Positions 27,791-40,050 of a DNA stretch of 64,000 bases are shown here, in pieces. Each line of letters starts with the position of its first letter. Positions within the stretch are counted from its first letter, which is position 1. The stretch covers positions 2,046,001 through 2,110,000 of the forward strand of contig NC_043021.1 of NCBI RefSeq assembly GCF_006345805.1. The letters are read 5' to 3'. A program made the position numbers and the translations under genes. This stretch comes from Octopus sinensis (taxonomy: Eukaryota). Under the pieces are notes generated by a model that searched no databases, was not told the origin of the DNA, and was given only the letters and a program-made list of their open reading frames with translations.

Positions 27791-29557
27791 TTTGTCAAAA
27801 GTGCCACTGGGAGGGGGGGAGGTGTCTCTGCTTCTTGCAGCAAGAGAAGAGATTTTTTTTTTGCAAAGCTGTGAAGTAAAACCACTTTTTTGTGCTTAAT
27901 TTTGACTTTTTCTTTTTGTTACACATTTCATGTTTCAGTCATTGGACTGCAGCCATGCTGAGATACTGTCCTGAATTTTTAGTTGAATGAATTGATCCAC
28001 TGTACTAATTCTATTGGTCTCTTTTGCCAAACTTTTAAGTTATGGAGATGTGAAGATGCCAACACTGGTTGTCAAGTGGTAATGAGGAAACAAACACAGA
28101 CACACAACACACATACATCATCGTTTAACGTCCGTTTTCCATGCTGGCATGGGTTGGATGGTTCAACTGGGATCTGGGAAGCCAGGAGGCTGCACCAGAC
28201 CCCAATCTGATCTGGCAAAGTTTCTACAGCTGGATGTCCTTCTTAACACCAGCCACTCTGAGACAAGTACCAGTTGAGTACTGGGTCCATGTAATCGATT
28301 AGCCCCACCCCTAGCTTCAGGTAACGAGCGGGCAGAATCGTTAGCACGCCAGGTGAAATGCTTAGTTGCATTTTGCCCATCTTTATGTCTTGAGTTCAAA
28401 TTCTGCTGAGGTAGATTTTTGCCTTTCATCCTTTCAGGGTCAATAAAATAAGGACAAGTCGAGCACTAGGGTTGATGTGACTGACTTACCCCTTCTTCTG
28501 AAATTGCTGGCCTTGTGCTAAAATTTGAAAGCAATATTAATCTGGCATTTGGAATATAAATCAACAGGAAATTGTGATGGAAGGTTTTAGCTTAAATCCC
28601 TTTAAACACAAGAAGTTTGTATCATAGATGCAGGGGTTGGTGCTAAAAGGGTTAACGACAACTTCTCCCAATTGTTTAGATGTTTAACAAACTTCTTGTA
28701 TCCATCCCTATTAGGTTATAAGCTGTTCTGAAGGAAAAGATTATTGGTTTCAAATTTTGGCACAAGGCCAGCAATTTTGGGGGATGAAAATAAGATTTTT
28801 AGTGGTGGTGGTGGACAAACACAGAAACAAAGACACACACACACACATAATATATATATTTATATACATGTATACATGATAGGTTTCTTTCAGTTTCCGT
28901 CCACCAAATTCACTCACAAGGCTTTGGTCAACTTGAGGCTATAGTTGAACACATTTGCCCAAGGTGCCATTATGCAGTGGGACTGAACCTGGAACCATGT
29001 GGTTGGGAAGCAATCTTTGTATACATATCATCATCATCATCGTTTAACGTCCGCTTTCCATGCTAGCATGGGTTGGACAGATATATATATATATAAATTC
29101 AGGGTGAATACTTGATAAATGTAAGCACCTGTATATGCCAGCTAGTAGCAGAGGTGAGAGGACATATGTATCAAATGAAATAAAAAACAGAACACAAAGG
29201 ATGTCGCGGTACACGTGTTTCAAGCTTTATAAAACAACTTATTCTTACATCAATGTATAATCGACATAACAGATGGTTTAAAGCTCTCTTCAGCCGCATG
29301 CAATTGCTATACCAGACCTGTATCACATTATGAAAAGCCCGAAAAGGAACATTTGATATTATCTATAATGGTAGGTATATTGAGTTTCACTGGGAAAATA
29401 TGTTTGTAAATCTTCATAATCAAATAGGTGTACAGGGTATTATACTGTATCATCAGTCTATATAGCTATATTATAAATATATTAACTGGCCCCGTGCTGT
29501 CAAAAACGATGTCTAATTGTAATATTTTATAAATAAATAAGGTACAAAACCAAATTT

Positions 29558-30924
29558 TTAGTTTAATAATTCTTTTTTTATCAAATTTTGCGTGAAAGAT
29601 CCATTTGCAACTAACATCTCTTGACTGCTTGTTTCCTTCAAAAGAATTTTAAAGTTTTCCTTCCTTTTTATACGACTTAAGGCCACGTAAAGCTCACCGT
29701 GACTAAATACAGGAGCTGGCAAGTAAATACCAACTTTTTCGAAGCTCTGTCCTTGCCATTTGTTTATGGTCATGGCAAAAGCTGGTATCACAGGGAACTT
29801 CTACCTCCTCATATTGAAGGGTAGATCTATTTCACTTGGACGCAGGTCAACTCATGGTATGAAAGCTTTATTTTCTTTCTTACTGCCAAGAATGATTTTT
29901 AGGAGATAAAACCAAAAATCGAGTTCCATTCAGCAAGCCATTAGCAGGGCCCAAATTTCTCAGCAAAACCACAATGGAATTTTTCTTCAGAGCTAGATTG
30001 TATGGGGAGCATCGGAGAATTCAAAAACTCTTCCGGATAATTCATGATATTCTCATTGCTTTCGTCAACCAACAAACACATCAATACTTTGATAGATCTG
30101 TAAGACTCCATCTGGAAGTGATAATATCTTGGTATTCAATTCGAGTGAATCTTTGATTTTTGTAGAAATTTCATCAATATCGCCCTTACTTACTACAGAA
30201 ATGTCTTTGCCAAATATATCTCTTATCAAATTTCCAGACGAAATCATGGTTTCAGGTATTTCTATTAGATTTTCATCTAAGCCCACATCATAGTAACTGT
30301 TCCATTTCCTGTGCTGAGAAGCCATGCATTGAATTCTTCTTGTCCATTTATTCATATATTCCCTGTTAAAGTAAAAATTGTCACATCTTTCCACAGAGGA
30401 GAATATTTGACAGAAGATTCAATTCTAGCAGCATCCGACCCTCTCGGAACAGCTGGTGCAGTTTGCCTAAAGTCTCCGCCAAGAAGGAGACCTTTACCAC
30501 CAAAAGGCTTATGGCAGCTCATTATTTCCTTTAGCAGTAGATCAATGCACCTCAATGTATTTCCTGAAAGCATTGATGCCTCATCAATTATTATTATCAG
30601 GTCAGCTAATTTTAATTCTTCAGAGCGCTGTGATGGAATCTTCATCAGTGATGTAGAATTTTCCAAGATCGGGACTGGGAGCTTAAAGCCATTGTGTACA
30701 GTTCTTCCTTGAGGCAACAGATCAGCCATAATGCCTGTTGTAGCAAATGAGAGAACTCGCTTTCCCTGATGACTCAAATGCGATATCAAGGTATTGTAGA
30801 GGTACATTTTTCCTGTTCCATCAGGGCCATCTAAGAAGAAAAATCTGCTGGGTCGGTGTTCGTTGTCAATAGCTGTGATAATTTGATCAAACACACGACG
30901 CTGATTGTCTGTGAAAGAAGTAAT
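29558..30924 (-). pseudogene. Disrupted PIF1-family helicase half of the Helitron
   Basis: In-frame stops at 30925-30927, 30352-30354, 29852-29854 and 29801-29803. Frameshifts near 30295, 30070, 30010 and 29900. Confidence 0.92.
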
Positions 30925-33903
30925 TTATGCTTCCACTTCAAGGTTGTCCTGGATTTGCTTCACATTCTGGGAATCCGTCAAAGACATATCGTCAATTGGA
31001 AGATGCAACTCTTGGCATGTCAAACCATGCAAGGACAATGTTGTTTCAATTTCTCGTAAAGCCAGTTGTACTGAGATTGTTCTGCTGTGATTTGTAAGGA
31101 AGTCTTCAATCAAGCTTTCCTCAAAGCTGTTGAAGAGTACATCAGGATTGACTGGATTATTGAAAATACAAATGTGTGCAAACAGCTGCCGGAGCTCCTG
31201 TGGCATATTTGTCAATGAAGCCTCTTCTAGGCATCTTCTCCACTCATCATCATTTTGAACCAACTGCCGGCGCTCTGCCGCTTCTTTATAGCTGCCACAT
31301 ATGACGTCATCCACAGTTTTCAGTTCTTCAAAACTTCGAGATCCTTTAACATGCAGCAACAAAAGTCTCATGTAAAACCTCTCTTGATACTTGGGGTTGA
31401 CAGAATACATTTCACTTATGATTTTGTCAGCTCCACGTTGTCTGGGAGTCCACTGCATCATTTTCTTGTTGTAGACATAATGATAAGGAATGTCCGCATA
31501 CAGATATTGTCTTGCGTTTTCATCATTTTGGTTGAGCAAGAACCATGCTGTTAGAGGAGTGTTGTGTTGGGCAGCTCTTTCTAGCGCTTGTCTTTCTTGT
31601 CCCTCCTCAAAATAGACGGGCTGTTCCTGTGGGAGATGAACAGGAAGATGAATAACGGTATGGGATTTGTCATGCATTTTGAATTCAAGCAATCTCCACA
31701 TTCCTTCAGGAGCACTCACATATTTCGCATCTAGAAAATTCTTGATTTCATTGTGTTCGCTGATGCCTACAGTTACGGAATCGTAGCCTTTGTATAAGTC
31801 TTTGTACACATATTTCACAGACCTGATGAAGGTGCAAATGTCTACATTGAGGTGGCAGTTGTATTTGTGACTTAGATATTTGTTATAAGGTTCAACATAT
31901 CGGTTGTCCACTACTTTCTGACCAACGTTTAATGTTGAACCCGGACGTCTTCTGTAGGATGGATAACTATCTTGGTTTGTAAAGGTTTCCTGTTGAAATT
32001 GTTTGGGAAAACCTTTTGAGCAGTTGTTATTTTCCATGCATGGTACATTAGGGTTTTGCTCACCACAAGGACCGTGAATCATAAATTTCTTAACAATTTC
32101 ATAGAGTATTGATTCTGTCTCTGGGTCAGGAATTTCAGCACACACAATTTTGTCAATTCTTTCTGTTGAGTTTGGTTTCTCTTCTGGATGAAATATTAAT
32201 AATAAACGGGCATGTGGTAGTCCGCTCTTTGGAAATTCTATGGTGTAACAATGTGCGACAACTCGGCCAATCACATATCTTTTTGTTACATCAATTACTA
32301 ATTCCTGCAACTTAATACTGAAAACCCGGGCAACTAAATCTGGTCTACTGGAGACTGTTTGACCTGGAAAAAGGTTGTTTTGTATCTCGGGCCAATTAGG
32401 ATTGCATGTCATAGTAAGAAATATATCAGGTGGGCCAAATTTTCTCACAATTGCTAATGCATCTTGGTATTGTTCTCTCATATTTCTTGCTGATCCTGTC
32501 CATCCGATTCGAGCATCTTCAGTATTTGCTGCATTGGTCAAATGGTCAGCAAATCCTTGATGTTGTTCCACTTTCAGATGGTTTTGTTGTGTTCGTATGA
32601 AATTTAAATTGTAAGCTTCAACTTGCAAGTAAGAATCTACAACCCACTGTTGAAAAAGTTTTCCCCCGTTCAAAAGGGGATTGAATTCATTATCCCTTAC
32701 AGCAGTTAAAGATATTTTATGTTGAAGCATTGAAATGTTTTGACGTTGTTGGTCCTCACGGTTTCCAGCCATGTGCGGCTGCCATCCAGGTTCACCGTGT
32801 GGGAAAAACAATACATATGTCATTGGATCAAGTTCTGGGCTCAAGATGTCAAGATTTAGGGTTGGAACATCGGAGTTCCTTGGATACACTTTAAAATCTC
32901 TATGAAATGGTGGTTCACCTTCTTCGTTTCTGAATACAATAGCAATTTCATTGACTGTTGGCAAATTGTATCTCCTTCTGTCGTTAATATGATCTCTGTT
33001 GAATACTAAGTTGACACTTGGCATTTCAATGTTTTCTTCTTGAGCACGCTGTTCTTCTTGTACTTCAATTTCATGAAGTGTTTGAAAACACTGAGCATAA
33101 ACATTGTCCTTAAGAATAATATTAATCAAGTTTTCGAGCACTTCTTGGAGGCAGCCTGAATTGACATGATCCTGAGCTCTTATTTCTGTTGCTTGGGTGC
33201 TGTCTACAACATAAAGTTGAGCATATTGTCTTCGTTTACCTTCATTTGGATAAATATGTGAAGCTCTGTGGTAAATTTGTCCATGCACACGGAAACAAAA
33301 TGGGCCTTTTTCTGGTGGATTCTGCAGTTGAGCACCCATCGAAGTGAATGACAGTGATGAATTATATGACCGAATGTTTTCTTGGAAATTTCTATAATGA
33401 GGATGATTTTGATCAGATAACAATGAAACTAAATATGGTGGAAATTCTCTTCTGATAGGATGTAAAATTTTGCCTTTGTGACAACAATTATTGAAACGTC
33501 CATCTGATGGTTTCTCAGCAGAAAAATGCTTTCCTGAGCAAAACTGGCAAACGGAATCCATATTTCCACAGTTATGAATGTGGACTCCGTTTTCTGAATA
33601 CGTGTAATTATCAGGTATAAAACCTGCATTATTTACCCGGGCAGCTCTCATTGCATTGGCATTTCTTTGCCGTCTTTGAATAGCCCCTTCTTCTGTTTCA
33701 TTTGCAATCCTTTGCAAAATTTTTTCTCTTTGATATTTTCTCCTTGCAGCAGTTTCAAAAGCAGTTTCATTTTTACGGCGATGTGCTTCTCGAATTCTAT
33801 CTTTCTTTTTAATGGCAGCAGCTTTTTCAGCTGAGAGCCTTGCTCTGCAATTCCTCTGTCTTTCTCTCGCTAAGCGACGCTTCCTTTCAACTGCACTCTC
33901 CAT
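30925..33903 (-). CDS. Uninterrupted Helitron Rep-half ORF (~992 aa from MESAVERKRR): basic 23-aa repeats, Cys-rich Zn-finger-like region, HUH-type Rep domain with altered catalytic residues
   Basis: ORF track 30925..34083; homology-like sequence begins at the ATG at 33903. Expression unknown. Confidence 0.6.
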   Translation of the reverse strand: MESAVERKRRLARERQRNCRARLSAEKAAAIKKKDRIREAHRRKNETAFETAARRKYQREKILQRIANETEEGAIQRRQRNANAMRAARVNNAGFIPDNYTYSENGVHIHNCGNMDSVCQFCSGKHFSAEKPSDGRFNNCCHKGKILHPIRREFPPYLVSLLSDQNHPHYRNFQENIRSYNSSLSFTSMGAQLQNPPEKGPFCFRVHGQIYHRASHIYPNEGKRRQYAQLYVVDSTQATEIRAQDHVNSGCLQEVLENLINIILKDNVYAQCFQTLHEIEVQEEQRAQEENIEMPSVNLVFNRDHINDRRRYNLPTVNEIAIVFRNEEGEPPFHRDFKVYPRNSDVPTLNLDILSPELDPMTYVLFFPHGEPGWQPHMAGNREDQQRQNISMLQHKISLTAVRDNEFNPLLNGGKLFQQWVVDSYLQVEAYNLNFIRTQQNHLKVEQHQGFADHLTNAANTEDARIGWTGSARNMREQYQDALAIVRKFGPPDIFLTMTCNPNWPEIQNNLFPGQTVSSRPDLVARVFSIKLQELVIDVTKRYVIGRVVAHCYTIEFPKSGLPHARLLLIFHPEEKPNSTERIDKIVCAEIPDPETESILYEIVKKFMIHGPCGEQNPNVPCMENNNCSKGFPKQFQQETFTNQDSYPSYRRRPGSTLNVGQKVVDNRYVEPYNKYLSHKYNCHLNVDICTFIRSVKYVYKDLYKGYDSVTVGISEHNEIKNFLDAKYVSAPEGMWRLLEFKMHDKSHTVIHLPVHLPQEQPVYFEEGQERQALERAAQHNTPLTAWFLLNQNDENARQYLYADIPYHYVYNKKMMQWTPRQRGADKIISEMYSVNPKYQERFYMRLLLLHVKGSRSFEELKTVDDVICGSYKEAAERRQLVQNDDEWRRCLEEASLTNMPQELRQLFAHICIFNNPVNPDVLFNSFEESLIEDFLTNHSRTISVQLALREIETTLSLHGLTCQELHLPIDDMSLTDSQNVKQIQDNLEVEA

Positions 33904-35323
33904 TATTGAAACCAACCTAAACTCATACGACTTAAAGCCACAAAAAGCAGTCCATGACTTAAAGTTGATGTAAAAACTCCCTAGGCATAAATTCCTTAAT
34001 GTAAATAAAGGACATGTTTTAACCGTTAAATGTGTATTTATAATAAACCTTTCAACCGCGGTCGTTTTATATTCTTGATACACTCAGGCAATAATTATTT
34101 TCTCTAATGAGTTTGTATATGCTTATGTAGATGTGTGTGACTGTGATAATTATTTATAACACAGCAGATAGAATATGGATGGTCAATCAAATTAATACAC
34201 TTGTCAATGTTATCTAATGGTTGTCTTTTGAGATGCCACATCTATCATCGTGTTACTGGAAGAACTCTGGTTCGCACATACAAACATTCACATACTTCCC
34301 ATGTACACACACAGAATTGAAACGCTATTTGGACATTTTTCACCGTAGAATTTCCATCATCTCACAACCAGTTTGCCATCACCACTTCCTTTTTCGGCGA
34401 TCTTTCGTTACAGGAACCGATCTTATGTAAACAATTGCATGTGGTCCAGTTGACGTAAACGGTACTCAAACCGTAAGATCACCCCTTTCTCATTCATATG
34501 TTGTGACGGAGAAAAACACAAGAGTATTACTATAGAAGATTTTTACACCACAAAATCTGATTATAAGCGAATGTGTCAACAGCTGGAATTGCTGTAAATA
34601 GACCAGAGAAAACTGTGCTGATTGCAAACGGGATGTGACTATAAACAGAGGCTGTATAAATGTGTGTGTTTGTATTCAATGATCTGTAATATTACAGATC
34701 ATAGGACGATATGGGACGGAGGCTAAAACAATTGCTGAAGACATATAAAGGTAAATTATAAGTTTCTATTCACCGAACAACATTGTTGAAGGAAGAATTC
34801 AGCGAAAGAGATTTTAGCAGACGTCGGAACACGACAGTGTTGGCCATGATGGTGAATAAACAACTAAAGCCAGCCTCCCAACTCTAGTTTCGAACAAACA
34901 GCCATTGCGTTTCATATCTGTTCGCGTAAAGAGAAAAAGAAAAGCTTCAAAAATGACCCGTAAATATCCATTGTAATATTTAAAATATAAAACGGAGTAA
35001 TTATTTTCAAAATGTGCAGATATTAAAATAATGTCGAACTTTCTTATCGAACTCGATGTAAACTGACAGCTATAACCAGTTTCTGAGCCTTAGTTTCGAA
35101 ATGAATCATTTTGATATTTTAAATGTCATTTTATAATAATTATTGATCCTTACATACCATTTATTATTAATAATTTGAATAGATTAACGACTAATATCGA
35201 TAAAATTGCTATATTTAATAAATGCAGCTATCTGTAATGATTAAAAGTCTTTCTTTGACGATCTTTTACAAAATCTGTATTTATATTTTAGTTGAAACAT
35301 CGATTTTGTTTAACCTCAAAAGG

Positions 35324-35396
35324 GCCCTGATCAGCCCCAGTCAGTCCTGATCAGCCCCAGCCAGCCCCACTCAGCCCTGATCAGCCCTATGATCAA
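35324..35396. repeat. 10-bp-unit minisatellite (tcagccctga / tcagccccag)
   Basis: About seven imperfect units with recurring TGATCA palindromes. Confidence 0.85.
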
Positions 35397-37079
35397 AGGC
35401 CTCACAGCAATAATCATTTCGTTTCGGTTCTGCTTCAAAGGCATAGTGTACCACGGAGTACACCATTCAAAGAATCATTTTTAAGAGACAATATGGTATA
35501 TAAACCCAAGGAAGATTTTGGTGGCTACTTCCAGCAGATGGAAAGGTTTCACGGTTCCCTGTTAGATCTGACTTTATAATCTTTGGATTATCACAGACGA
35601 TTATCCCACGCATATTATAGACATGTTATGCAATCTGCCTGTCTAACACTATCGCTTACTTGTTTCAGTGATTGAACTGCGGCCATGCTGGAGCGCCACA
35701 TTGAAGGGTTTTAGTCGAACGAATCTACCCTAATGCTTATTCTATCAGTGTGTCTTTTACCCGAACCGCTATGGTATGGGGACGTAAACAAACCAATATC
35801 GGTTATCAAGCTGTGGTTCGGGACTACGATACACATACATATGCGATGGGCTTATTTCCGTTTCCGTCTGCCAAATCTATTCAAAAGCTTTGATTGGCCC
35901 AGGACTATAGTAGACGACACTTGTCCAGGTGCCAAATAGTGGGACCGAACCCAGGACTTCACGGTTGGGTAGCAAACGTCTCGCCACACAGCCATGCCTG
36001 CGCCTAATCGTTAAATATTTGAATTTTATTTCTTTCCAAATAAGAAATTTCTAACCGAAACATTTATTTTCTTTCCCCATCTTTCTTACAATAAAATAAT
36101 TTATTCCATTTTGGTAAGAACTAACATTTTTTTTTCTTTTAAAATATGCGATAAAAAATGAATTCCTTTCCTTAAAAGATACTGGTCTAAGGGACATAAC
36201 TCTTTCCCTCTCCGATTTATGGGGAAATAATTGCGAACCAAAGTGACCTGCTAGAAATAACAACCAAATCTTACACAACAGTGGACCACGTCAAATAAGG
36301 ACGGACATTGTAGTTCTAGATATATTTTATATGCTAAGTAGAAAAATAGTAGAGGCAGATGAGAATATAGTTAAGTTTGGAACGTCTTTGATCCTAGGTC
36401 TTGCTCGGTCAGTGCTGAGGTCAAGAATCTCTCGGTCAAGCCAGAGATTCTGGGATGATTTGCCGTAGATTCATTAAAACATAAATTAAAGCCAATTAAT
36501 GCTCAAACCGAAAAAAAAAATTTTTTTCTCGTAATTTTGTAATACAATCGCTTATTTCTCCACCTCCCGTCACTCTTGGTGCGTGAAAACGTTTCCTCTT
36601 GCTTAAACCTTTTATGTCCCAATCCTTCTTTCCTTAGATCATAATTCTATTGGAATCTACTCCTCGCTTATGCTATCAAAATTCTCCAGTCTTCGAGGGA
36701 CTGCAAAGCTTGTTGGTCCTGCCTCTTCCTGTTAACTCAGCAAGTTCAAACAAAAGAGATTAACAAAAGGAATTAAACAAGTCATGCGATAGTTTACTGT
36801 ATTTATTGGGCAAATTGTGGCCCGTGGGACTTGCAGAATGGCAGACCGTATTTCAAGTTGAAAATAACACATCCATAATTTTTTTTAATAGTGTGTCCCG
36901 CTTCTGACAAAAAAAAAAAAAAAGGGGTGCCGATGTCAGCTTTAAAGCAGACTTAAAAATCTTGTCGTTAAGTTCGCGAGTAATGATCCTTTCCCCTCAT
37001 CCCCAAGGCACTACAAAGTGTTTTTATAGTTTTTTTTTCTATTTCATTTTATTTGAAAGAGTGAGAAAGAACATCACTG

Positions 37080-37559
37080 GGCGAAACGCTAACGGCCAAA
37101 TACGACTTTGAATAGAATCCCGGTTTATTTTTGAACGGGGGATTTCTTCAGCGTGTCACCGTCTGCGTGCGGTGAATCGGGAAAATGTTTTCCTTTCTGC
37201 CGCCTTGATAATTACAATGTTACAGAATCATTAACGGACACCTGGCTTCATTAGCAGAATGTGGCGTGGTTTCTGGTGAATTTCCCGCCCGTTTCCGTAA
37301 TTAAATGTATCTTTATAACGTCCAGCAACAGCAGAAACGGACTAAACACACACACATTACACATCTCTTTATATTATTATATTCAGCTCTGAATTGGAAG
37401 CAAAACCTGTTTTAAACCGGAAAATCTCCCCCACTGGGTCCAGTTATGGTATTACGAACATTTCTTCCACTTTGATGAGTGTCAGTTATATTAGTTGACC
37501 GCTACACACCCTAATATTCGGTTAGGTTTACCGCAAACCACAAAGAAAACCCGAGAATA
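37080..37559 (+). promoter_or_regulatory. CpG-enriched probable promoter/5' UTR of METTL14
   Basis: Local CpG enrichment directly upstream of the ATG; TTTCCCGC E2F-like site at ~37281. Confidence 0.5.
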
Positions 37560-37625
37560 ATGAATGAACGACTGAAAGAACTTCGAGAGAGATCTCAGGA
37601 AAGGAAGAAGCTTCTGGCCTTGGCT
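37560..37625 (+). CDS. METTL14: METTL14 exon 1 (MNERLKELRERSQERKKLLALA)
   Basis: ATG to GTAAGT, 66 nt; resembles human [22 protein letters not shown]. Confidence 0.9.
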
Positions 37626-38149
37626 GTAAGTATTTTTAAATCTCATTAGTTCCAAGCTCTGTCTTACAGGTTTTAGCTTTGTTTTGCAATAAACCTCAAA
37701 AATCCTGTCTATTGGAGATCTGTATTTGAAGGATGAGAAACCTGGAAATTTGCGAACATTTCCTGCATTGCAAGAGAAACGAAGTGGTTTTGATCAAAAA
37801 TTGAAGCCAAGATGCAGACATAAGTCGCTAAGAGGCAACCGCAACTGTTGTAATTGTCTTCTAAAATAGGGCACAATTTACTGTTCATTTTACGGACAGA
37901 ATATTGTATCATCGTTTGCATTAAAGTCCCCAGTTCTTTGTTTTATGGACTTCGGTGAGACTGAATCCGGAGCATAACTGGTGTGACGGAATACTCCGGT
38001 TCCGGCGTCGTTCCTCTATTTTGCTACATACGACCCATATAGTAATAATAATAAGGTGAAAGTAAAGAATACGTGCCCCCGGTGGTGAAGGTTTACGGTT
38101 AGGGGTCTTATTTCGCCGAAAACCGGTGGTGTACGTATTCATTACCGCT

Positions 38150-38675
38150 GCCTAATAATAATCCTTTCTATTCTAAGCACAAGGCCTGAGGTTTTGTGGG
38201 GAGGGGACTAATCGATTTCATCGACCCCAGTGTTTCACCGGTACTTAATTTATCGACCCTGAAAGGATGAAAGGCAAAATCGACCTCGGCGGTATTTGAA
38301 CTCAGAATGTTAAGACGGACGAAATGCCTAATTCTTATAGTAGAATAGATTGATAAAAGTAATAATAATAATAATGGATTTAGAATTTGGCCTCGGCTAG
38401 CAATTTTAGTGGGAGGGCTTCAATCAATTTGACCTGTTTACAAAGTCAGAAAACAGCACAGCTCCTTCCATGACTTTCAGAAACATTTTTTCACGCTAAG
38501 AGTTGCTGAAGTATGGAACAAACTGCCGCCGCCCCATTGCAATACCTTGCTGGTAATTATTTTATTAATCTTGAAATGATTAAAGTCAAAGTTGACCGTA
38601 ACAGAATTTGAACTCAGAACGAAATACTGCTGAGCATTTTGCCCACCGTGCTAATGATTCTGCCAACTCACTGCC

Positions 38676-38721
<46 letters not shown>

Positions 38722-40050
38722 TAATAATAATTTCAAATTTGGCCACCAGAGCAGCAATTTTGGGGGAGGGGATGTGTTGGTTACATCGACCCCAGTATGC
38801 AACTGGTACTTATTTTATCGACCCTTAAAGGATGAAAAGGTAAAGCCGACCTCAGCAGAATTTGAACTCATAATGTAGCATCATGCGAAATGCTGCTAAG
38901 CATTTTGTCCACCGTGCTAACGACTCTGCCAGCTTGCCGTCTTATAATAATGATAATAATAATAATAATAATATAATAATAATAATAACAATAATAATAA
39001 TTTCAAATTTGGCCACCAGAGCAGCAATTTTGGGGGAGGGGATGTGTTGGTTACATCGACCCCAGTATGCAACTGGTACTTATTTTATCGACCCTTAAAG
39101 GATGAAAAGGTAAAGCCGACCTCAGCAGAATTTGAACTCATAATGTAGCATCATGCGAAATGCTGCTAAGCATTTTGTCCACCGTGCTAACGACTCTGCC
39201 AGCTTGCCGTCTTATAATAATGATAATAATAATAATAATACTATTATAAGCACAAGGCTTTAAATTTTGGGTTAGGGACCAGCCGATTACATTGACCCTA
39301 GTGTTCAACTGCTACTTCTTTTATCAACTCCGAAAGGATGAAAGGCAAAGCTGACTTCAGTGTTGTTTGAACCCAGCATATAAAGAGCGAGAGGAACTCT
39401 TGCTAAGCATTTTATCAGACATGCTAACAATTCTGCCAGCCTGTCACCTTAATGATAATTATTTGGGAGGAGGGAGGGAATTAATCATTTACTTTGACCC
39501 CCACACTGCTGAACTGATGCCCATTTCATTGAGCCTGATATCGGTGGAATTTGAGCTCAGAATGTAAAGACAGGTGGAATGCCACTAAGCATGTTGTCCA
39601 GCTTGCTACTTTAGGCCCAAGGGTCTAATATTTTGAGGGAGGGAGCTAGTTGATTACATTGACCCCAGTGCTTGATTAGTACTTATTTCATCAAACCCAG
39701 AAGGATGAAAGGCAGAATTAACCTCAGCAGAATTTGTTCTCAGAACATAAAGACAGACAAAATTCTGCAAAACATTTTGTGCAATGCTTTAACAATTCTT
39801 ATTTCTTTACTACCCACAAGGGGCTAAACACAGAGGGGACAAACAAGGACAGACAGATGGATTAAGTCGATTATATCGACCCCAGTGTGTAACTGGTATT
39901 TATTTAATTGACCCCGAAAGGATGAAAAGCAAAGTTGACCTCAGTGGAATTTGAACTCAGAACGTAATGGCAGATGAAATACGGCTACACATTTCGCCCG
40001 GTGTGCTAACGTTTCTGTCAGTTCGCCGCCTTCGAAGCCTTAACAATTCT
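38150..40050 (-). repeat. Array of ~8 tRNA-SINE copies on the minus strand in METTL14 intron 1, with (AAT)n spacers and one perfect 270-bp tandem duplication
   Basis: Repeated ggatgaaaggcaaag..gacctc..cagaatttgaactcag core. Confidence 0.82.

Larger units (their letters stand above)
29558..34083 (-). mobile_element. Helitron (Rep/PIF1-helicase) element, non-functional copy; termini not resolved
   Basis: Rep motifs PDIFLTMTCNPNW and EF..GLPH; helicase motifs GPDGTGK, DEASM, GDFRQ, FAMTINK.QGQ, HG.LYVALSR, all collinear on the minus strand. Confidence 0.96.

Noticed and set aside
29470-29520. Helitron 3' terminal hairpin plus CTRR
   Set aside because: Only a half-hairpin (gcacgggcc on the minus strand) and no adjacent CTRR; terminus left undefined.
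33904-34083. First 60 codons of the 1052-aa ORF call
   Set aside because: No Helitron-like character; the protein more plausibly starts at MESAV (33903).
36540-36780. Divergent gene or ncRNA upstream of METTL14
   Set aside because: All frames contain stops and no snRNA/snoRNA hallmark could be matched.
38150-40050. CRISPR-like repeat-spacer array
   Set aside because: Units are ~220-270-bp eukaryotic SINE copies, with no short repeats with unique spacers and no cas genes.
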